Positions 56,301 to 64,000 of a stretch of DNA of 64,000 nucleotides are shown here, piece after piece (within the stretch, counting starts at the first letter, position 1; each line of letters starts with the position of its first letter). The notes below the pieces were generated by a model that did no database searches, had not been told where the DNA came from, and saw only the letters and a program-made list of their open reading frames with translations. The stretch is from Lingula anatina (Eukaryota; Animalia; Brachiopoda), in assembly GCA_051362555.1 (NCBI GenBank), contig CM120640.1:28606503-28670502 (forward strand), written 5' to 3'. The translations under genes and the position numbers were made by a program.

Positions 56301-56325
56301 TCCCGACCGCCCAAGCTGGTAACAT
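47017..56325 (-). CDS. PPTC7: Mitochondrial PP2C-family phosphatase PTC7, 6 coding exons
   Basis: Exons 56325-56082, 52837-52658, 52285-52087, 49456-49333, 48687-48558, 47081-47017. Motifs [60 protein letters not shown]. Confidence 0.98.
47175..47305. mobile_element. 131-bp foldback MITE with 8-bp TSD
   Basis: TSD GATGTAAC at 47167-47174 and 47306-47313. TIRs GGGGGCGTCTCGATAGTCTGAAGGTTCATTGGTCC / GGACCAATGAACCTTCAGACTATTGCTACGGCCCC. The 15-bp unit GAAGGTTCATTGGTC is tandemly repeated inside. Confidence 0.88.
50169..50236. repeat. (TA)n microsatellite
   Basis: Perfect TA run in PPTC7 intron 3. Confidence 0.97.
50323..50385. repeat. (CT)n/(CA)n compound microsatellite
   Basis: A CT run followed by a degenerate CA run. 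Confidence 0.9.
51788..52035. repeat. Imperfect inverted repeat (long hairpin; possibly an old MITE)
   Basis: Left arm AAATATGGCTGACCCATCATAAAAGGAAGCCGCT..TGGTCTCACTGCCTCTAC pairs with right arm GTGGAGGCAGGGAGACCA..AGCGGCTACCTTTTAAGTGGGTCGGCCATATTT. Confidence 0.8.
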
Positions 56326-56446
56326 GACACCTCTAAAACATGTCTGGTCACATAGAGTAGAAGTTTTCCCACTCGTTCCGTTGTTTCCCTTCTTTCAAGG
56401 AGAGAGCACCTTCACTCCATCCATATCACACTCCTTAGTTATCAAC

Positions 56447-56492
56447 TGACGTCACGAGACCCCACATTTTGACCTTGAAAAGGTCAAGGTCG
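56447..56492. promoter_or_regulatory. PPTC7 proximal promoter motifs: CRE plus nuclear-receptor half-site cluster
   Basis: TGACGTCA at 56447-56454. TGACCTTGAAAAGGTCAAGGTCG at 56470-56492 includes a perfect ERR-type TCAAGGTCA on the minus strand. Confidence 0.5.
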
Positions 56493-57745
56493 TTATAAAC
56501 GTGAACCTCCCAGAGGGAAGTTGCTCATGTTTAAAGCGGTCACGATCGTAGCATATTTCACCGTGACAACCACTTTAAGATTTAATTTAATTTACCGGGT
56601 TAAGGTCAATTATTGCAGTACTTTCAGTACTTTATTTCTTTTTGTTAATTTTATTCTTTTTTCGTGGTGGGGGAAGTGGGATGGGAGTGCAATTAAGCCA
56701 GAAAATATTTGAAATAGTGAAAAAGACACCAATAAGCAGTTACATGATCATACTCGCTTTGACATGATTGGCCTCAAAGTCCACGGGAAATTTGCTAGGG
56801 CTTTTAATACAAATATCAAGTCATCTTGAATGCAAATATCAACACGTTTGAAAATTTGCTCCCTTTAAAACTTTTATTTGGCCTTTTTCAAACAACCTTA
56901 TTTTTGTCATTAAACAATATATATACATATCCAACTGGATGTGCTAATGCCATAGCAACATGTTCTCTTTCCAAAGATTATAAAGTCACGTTCACTGACT
57001 GACCACTACAGTACATTTATTTCTGGCTGTAGTCTCCTAGCTCTACCCTAGGTTCTAGATTCCGGTATTGTCAGCTCGATCTTGATTTCATATATAACCC
57101 ATATCAACAATACGTAAAAGCGACTCCACCACGAGGTATATTTAGCAAGCTAGCTTTTACGTTTCTCTGACACTCAGGGTACCTAGCTCAGACAATCCAG
57201 GCATCCCAACTATTGGTGGGGCTGGCCAAACTCTGCTGACAATTGTAGTATAGAAGTAAATATTTAGGTCAAGTTAGCTGCATTTACTTGGCCTTTTTAA
57301 AGACAATTGAACCGAGGCTGATTTTAACTTCAGGAGGAGAGATGAAGCCATAATTGAAGTTACTCAATCCATTCCTTTCACAACTGAAAGCATCCAGGAC
57401 CTATAAACTGAGGTTATAGCTCTTTCTAACAAATAACATACACTTAGAGATTCAAGTAATATGATTTTAACTCAGACACCTAATCAACCTAACCACAGTA
57501 CACTTTGACATAATCAACTGAGTATATATATATAAGAAATTTTTGAAAATTGTAACTTGGCCATGGAATCAACACTTCAGTACTAATACAAGGAAGCAGA
57601 GCACAGAATACCTTGTTTTTTATTTTAAATGCTGTATAAATAAAATTCCAAACAGAATTTTTTTAAAGAAAAAAAGTTCACTTCAGATGATCATATAACA
57701 GACACATTCAAATCCCAAAATGACACTTGTAGCCTTTCAAAGATA

Positions 57746-60700
57746 TCACGTCTCAATTGTATCTTCCTCCAATGTTTCTGCGGCTCCAGTCTTTTTACAT
57801 CTTTCTAGCACCTTATGAAGTCTCTTCACAAACAATTCAACATCATTTTTAGTCATCCCAACAGACCCTGCAGCAGTTAAATATGTGCAAGGATAATTGT
57901 CTGTGTGAGAACCAAAGCCATGGAAGGTGTATCCCTGTACTGTCTTCACTTCTCCTGTTGCAACAACTCTAAAAACAAGAACAATATCATCAGACATTAA
58001 ACTGTTATATTTTATTCATATCTCAGCATCAACAAGGGTGTGCAATATAAGCTTAAGAGAATAGTTATCCTAAGAGGAAGAAAGTTTCACACATTAACAA
58101 AGTACATAAATGTAGGAGGAGAACAAACTTCGACTCTATTGGAGAAGTTTATGTCAGTGCTGTAGTTTCAGACACCTACGTACCTTGTACCAGAGACAAA
58201 TCTTGTAAAAAGCATGGATCCAAGCTGGGTTGCCAGCTCTGATGGAATGGTCCTCAGAGACATGGCTGTAATTGAAAAATGGCTTGCATAAAAAAGTCAT
58301 TAAGTCATTAGTCATGCCTTATCACTTGTTGCCCAAAAAGCAATACATGATTGACTATTTGGTCTGCTTAGGTTAATTGTTAATGCAATATACAGGAAAT
58401 AAAATTCTGAACAATGTATTTCTTTTATCTAAATATTTTTTCAATTAACTGGGTACATTCACTAACTTCAGGCTTACCCATAGATATTGGATTATGTGGA
58501 ATGTGCAATAATGTCTCCCCATGGGCTTCTGCACACTTGGTCAGTTCCGCAGATAGGTATTTGTACATCTCCTTCCTCTCTTTCAGTAACTGCTGGTAAC
58601 CCTTAACTCCCAATGACAATAATGTGATGAAAAGATCCATGCTAGGTGTACCAGATGCCCTGCCTGTAGGAGAACATCAAAATAAAATTGTTGTTCTATA
58701 CTGCTTCTGCATACTGTTTAATTAATTCTTTTAACAAAATATGCCTAACAAAATAATACATGTAGAAGTGGGGTTCTTGCAAGTAGCAATCATTTTGGAA
58801 TTTGTCTAACATGGAATAAAAAGTGAGATGTCAAATTTACTTTTCACTGGTATCATATTTTGAAAGCAAGACAGAAAAATAATAATTGAGAAAAAGAAAT
58901 ACCTGGATATGCCTTCCCTATTTCTTCTATAAACTTTTTATCAAATCCAGCTATTACAGATCCACCCACTGGCACCATGAAGTTTTTGTCTGTACTTTGA
59001 ACAAATGCATCAATCCTACCAATTCTAGATCCCTGCAATAAAAAAAAAAATTTACTAAAGCAAATTTCATTTTAAAGAAAGGGAGAAGGATTTTATATTG
59101 GGGGTGGGTGGGGTTAAAGCTGATTTATGTAAACATCAGTTTTTCTATTTCTATTCATATATTTGACAAAAAAAAAAAACAAAAACGATATTGAAAATAA
59201 TATATAAACTAGTGTCAATGGAATTTTGGAAAAGAGTATTTGATTTCATTTTGAAATTTGGCTACTGGTCAAAACGTTTAAAAATTTTTAAATAAAAATC
59301 AATCAATCAAACAGCATTTACTAGTAAGTAAAATTCCCATGCTAACCTGCTGTATCAAATGCATGCACTTTGAGGACTGGACACCATACGCATTATTGAT
59401 TAAATGAGGTATCTCAAGTTTGGCACATAGTTGAGCTACTTCTTCTATCCTTAGAGAAAAAACAATATAGTGCATATTTCTGATGTACTAATAAGGTAAA
59501 CAAAACTTTTCATCAAAACAAAGCAGGCACTTCCTGAACTCATCATCAAATGTTAAGATGCAAATAGGAAGTGTTTTTTTTTTAAATCAAAAAATGTTAA
59601 CACTTGGAAATACTGGTTTTGATCATGAATATGATAAAATATGTAATATCGGAGGTAAAGTACAAATCTACCCATATGCTATTTACCTGTCAGGTACTCT
59701 TGGGGCAAAGCAGCTGGTTGTTGTCATCACACATAATATATTCTTAGCACCTAATTCCTGCACTTTTAATTCAATGGCAGAAATATCTGTCCTTAGTTCA
59801 TCTCCCTCAAGTTTGTTTTCAATTACTATTGGTTGAAAACCTGTCAGCATATAAATATATATTCTTACTTGTAATGTTGATAACATTTTTCATAATGATA
59901 AAAAGTAATTTAAAAGTCAAACCTAGCAGTGTTCATTTTTCATAGGTTCCAAGTTATGCTTAAATAGTATGCTTAAACAGAGAGAGAAAAAAGAACCATT
60001 TCAAAGTGAAAGTAAAATCAATTAAACAAATCTAAAAAAACTGAAATAATATTCACGAATGATACCTGCTGTAACCATAGATTTAAAGCAAGACTTCTGG
60101 TCTATCCTTGGCCATAGCACATATCTGGCATCAGGTCGCTGCTGTTTCAATGTCAGCATACAGAGAACCAGACTCATGCCTGTTGCCATGGGAACAACAA
60201 ATGCAGAGGCTGCAGACTGGACACCTAATGTTATGAGATGAAATTGCTATAGGAAAGCAAAATAATATTTGTTTTTTTTTTGTTTTTATTAAAAGTCTTG
60301 TGATTTCTCTATTCATATTGTTGATGTCCTTATTTAAGAATACGAATACACTGTGCGAAGAATATAAACTTTACAATACCTGCCTGCTATCTGGATATCA
60401 CTCATACTATTACACATACTACCTATTTTCTACAACAGCACTTAACAAGGAAATGATAAATAACACTAAGTTAATACTTACTTTAAACAGGTAGATTTAA
60501 TATTCTCTTAACATTACCAACTATTTATGAGACTGCAATAATATTCATGCACCTGCTGTCTTGATGATGTCCAACACCATGGAGTTTGTAAGTTTGTTCA
60601 ACAAACTAGAGCCTGCTGCCTTTGGCTGAATAGCTGTTATATCTCCTGATCTACCTATGCCATGGCCTATACTGTAAATATAATAGGAAAAATGATTGTT

Positions 60701-61852
60701 TAATCCATATACATTTGAATGTAGACACATCTTGCTACTACTCTAACTTTTATAGTGTATCCTTTTTTAGCAAAGTAATTACCCACTTGGCAGGGGCAGA
60801 TCCAGAGTTATTTTCTGACAGTCTTCCAATTTATCCATTGATCCATCCTCCATTTTTGACCGTCTTCCGACAGAAAAAATTAGATACCCATCAATGTAAA
60901 CTTGAAAATCTGACCGTCTTCCGGAAGACCCAGAAGACGCCCTAAATCCGCCCCTGCTTGGATTAGATGTACATTTTATTCCGTATTTGATATTATACTG
61001 TATAATTTACATGACAGCTTGCAATGTTTGCATTATAGATGACACAGGGCAGTGATACAAAACACCTCTCCATTTTATTTGAGTCGTGAAGAAAAAAAAA
61101 AGGCCATACCCAGTGAAGGTCAAAAATGCAGATGCCGTCCTAAATGAATGTCCAGTCATAGAATGCAGACACTGCAAGCTTTCATGGCTACCTAACATAA
61201 GGTACTGGTAGTACTCTTCAGAAAAACTTTTGCTTTATTGATCTGAATTGAGAAGCTTTTCAGGATAAAAAAATAAAACTGTGGGGTATTTTTGAACACA
61301 CTTTAAGGTCTTACAAATGCTGATTTTAGATATATGATTATATAGTACTTGAATTTCTAACTTGTAGTGTCTGTTAGCCACCAGTCTTGATGCAATTCTT
61401 GCTTCTCTTTCCCCAACACCACAGTTTCCTGGAAAATTGTTGCTGTCCATTACTGCTAGTTCTTGTAACAGCAGTTCTATACTCATGTCATCCCAACCAA
61501 TTTCAGGACATTTTTTCTAGAATAAGTAAAGAGCAAATGCATATACTGCAAATGTAATACCAAACCTTACAATTGTCATTTCAGACTAAATGGACAACTA
61601 AATATACTTGATGTTCAGGCACGTTTAAAATGAAAATCACTTTCAAACATTTATATATCAGGCATTGGTACATTTTCTTGTGCATTTACCTGTAAATTTT
61701 AAAAATAAAATAAGAAAATAAACAAATAAATATATAACCTGTTCAAATAACTGCCTGACCAAGTTCTCTCTTGCCCTTCTTGCTTGTGCACCTTGCTGCA
61801 CGTACGAAGAAGAAACTATTTTTTCTGCTAAGCTGCAATTTTCAGCATTCAT
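57746..61852 (-). CDS. SEPSECS: O-phosphoseryl-tRNA(Sec) selenium transferase, 10 coding exons
   Basis: Exons 61852-61739, 61516-61362, 60671-60553, 60224-60066, 59840-59687, 59449-59347, 59032-58903, 58663-58478, 58265-58184, 57968-57746. Motifs [64 protein letters not shown]-lysine [25 protein letters not shown]. Confidence 0.98.
60791..60956. mobile_element. 166-bp non-autonomous hAT-like element with 5-bp TSD
   Basis: CTTGG|CAGGGGCAGATCCAG ... CTAAATCCGCCCCTG|CTTGG. Internal repeats of TGACCGTCTTCCG. Confidence 0.85.
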
Positions 61853-62150
61853 TTTACACTTTCTATTTTAATTCCAAAAGTACATGCAACCAATAACATC
61901 CGGAAGTTGGAGCTGAGCATAAGTTTACGAGTTGATATCTAATCCGCTTATTTATAAAAACCTTCATACATAGATTTATTATTAACAAAAAATACTTGCA
62001 CTAAGCCAAATTTTATATACAGTATTCTTTAAATACACAATCGACATCTCTGTTTGCTCTAAAATGCACTTTTCGTTACAGCGCATGAATCGTATATTAG
62101 AAAACTGCACAACTTCCGGCTACTTCCGGTAGATGTGATCTTAGAAGGTA
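61853..62150. promoter_or_regulatory. Bidirectional promoter of SEPSECS/TTC1 with ETS-type motifs
   Basis: CCGGAAGT at ~61900 and tandem ACTTCCGG motifs at ~62112-62129. A likely non-coding TTC1 exon ends at AAG|GTAGGA (~62148), with its acceptor at ~62621. Confidence 0.65.
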
Positions 62151-62642
62151 GGATGTTTTAAAGGTTATAAATACTTTTTTATGAAACAAATGTGGAGGAA
62201 ATAAGCTGTTAATTTTTAGAAAGAGATATATTTCAAAGACAAATAACATGTACAAATTATTGATATCTCTATACGAATGATTGGCATAGATCTACTTTGC
62301 ACAGTTTACTAGTTTAATTACTTCTTTTCTGCAACCACTTTCACTTGATGAAGTGCCTCGTTGTTTTGGAGCATCAGCTTTTACAAGAGCACCAGAAATT
62401 AATGAATATAATCATTTGGTTACATTTTTAACCAGAATTTACAAGATAACCTCAATGTATATACATGTATAATATTAGTATATAAATGTATGTCTCTCCA
62501 GCACTAACGGCGTAAAAGCATAGATTAGATTATGGCAGTGCACAGCTTTGTGAATTTGGTTTTAAATTTCTCAATCTTGAAAGTTTTTCTTCTTTATTTT
62601 TATCGCATTCAACATTTTCAGGTCTAGAAATATTTTGGAATC

Positions 62643-64000
62643 ATGGCTTCAGTTGATCCAAATGATTTAGCTGGTGATTTAACTCAAAACTTGGAAAACT
62701 CCTTAAAAGAAGAAAAGGCCAGAAATGAATCAGACTCAGATAAAAAATCCTTCATCAAAGATGATAATTATGGTATTAATAAAAAGGATTATCATGAAAA
62801 TGAAAACTCTCAGCATCAAAAATGCGAAACTGATGTACCAGTAGATGAAGTTGAAGCAGGAGAAAGTGACTCTGATGTAGATAAATGTACAAAACCGGAT
62901 GAGAATGATATAGTTGTAGATGAGGAATACATGAAGAAATTAGAAGAAAAAATGTCAGAAGAAGAAAAACAGGTATAAATAATAAAGTACTTTTTAAAAC
63001 TGTATTTACCTCTTTAAGGCATCGAAGATAGAAGCTATGGAAAATGGGTATCTCTAAATGGTGCAATACATTGCAAAACGGCCAAACACAGTGCAATGCA
63101 CATGAATAAACAAGTCCAGTTGCAAGTATACATGATAAATGGTCATTTCAAACAAAATGAGGTGATACAAAAGATATTAAAATATATTGCTAATTGATTA
63201 ATATTGTTGTTGCAACTTAAAGGGATAATAACTCTTCGTACGAGATCTATATTTCACAATAAAAACCTTGTGAATAACTCATAGAAATATAATATATTCT
63301 GTTTTACCACAAAAACAGCAGTTATAGATTTTATTCTGATATCTAAACTTGTCTTTAGACCACGTGACCTCCATTGATGTCTATACTCTGTTAAAATCTC
63401 TTAAGAGATTTTAACAAAAAACCAAACTTTTTAGAAAAAAACCAGGGACTAACTTTGAATGTAAAAATGGATTCATTAACCATTGGTAAGTATGGGAAAA
63501 TTGTTGTTTACTCCAGGAAAATTCATTTTTTGGCCGAAATGAAGAGTTATTATTGCTTTAACAAATCATGCTGGTAATATTATGAAGAAGAGTCACTCTC
63601 TGCCATTGGCTGCCGACCCAACAATATACAAGTCTCACCAATTTGTTAAATTATATCAGCGGTATTAATTATCTAGTAATATGTATATATTTTTTTATAT
63701 CACCCTTTTTTGTTTGGAATATCTTTTTTTTTTTTCAGTGTATTGTACTGTGTTGCGCTATATTGTGGTGTATTGCACAATTTAGGCAGACCACTTGAAA
63801 ATATATTGTTAATACAGTTTATTTATGATCAAATAAAATTTATTTGAATTAAAGCAAATGCAGTATGTATTCCTAAATGATTTTTTTAGGTAAGAAAAGA
63901 TGAAGCCCAGGCACTTAAAGCAAATGGGAACAGCCACTTTAAGGCCAGTGAGTTTCAACTTGCTATTTGCTCATATACCCAGGCACTCCAGACATGTCCA
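62643..64000 (+). CDS. TTC1: Tetratricopeptide repeat protein 1, 5' part (truncated by window end)
   Basis: Exon 62643-62972 has an acidic N-terminus ending DEEYMKKLEEKMSEEEKQ. Exon 63890-64000 gives VRKDEAQALKANGNSHFKASEFQLAICSYTQALQTCP, the first TPR as in TTC1. Confidence 0.9.
63221..63557. mobile_element. Kolobok-type MITE, copy 2 (inverted relative to 41143-41498)
   Basis: TTAA|AGGGATAATAACTCTTC ... GAAGAGTTATTATTGCT|TTAA. The body is the reverse complement of copy 1. Central 28-bp palindrome at 63389-63416. Confidence 0.9.

Overview
AT-rich, intron-containing animal genomic DNA (invertebrate bilaterian; a mollusc or other lophotrochozoan is my inference). I reconstructed by hand nine complete spliced genes and one partial gene: GTF2H3(-), EIF2B1(+), an FBXO39/FBXO33-type F-box gene(-), a FAM216-domain gene(+), an atypical CYP26-like P450(+), VPS29(-), RAD9(+), PPTC7(-), SEPSECS(-) and the 5' part of TTC1(+). 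There are also several small non-autonomous DNA transposons with visible target-site duplications, and microsatellites. Most notable: (1) a candidate antisense two-exon gene for a type II membrane protein nested in the oversized GTF2H3 intron 10, ending at a local ~300 bp duplication; (2) a CYP26-like enzyme with intact heme and ExxR motifs but a rewritten I-helix (MSSIST instead of GGHETT), preceded by an old 19-aa tandem duplication; (3) a U12-type intron in GTF2H3; (4) two gene blocks whose order and orientation match human 12q24 (GTF2H3/EIF2B1; FAM216-VPS29-RAD9-PPTC7). All family assignments rest on motif recognition, not database searches.
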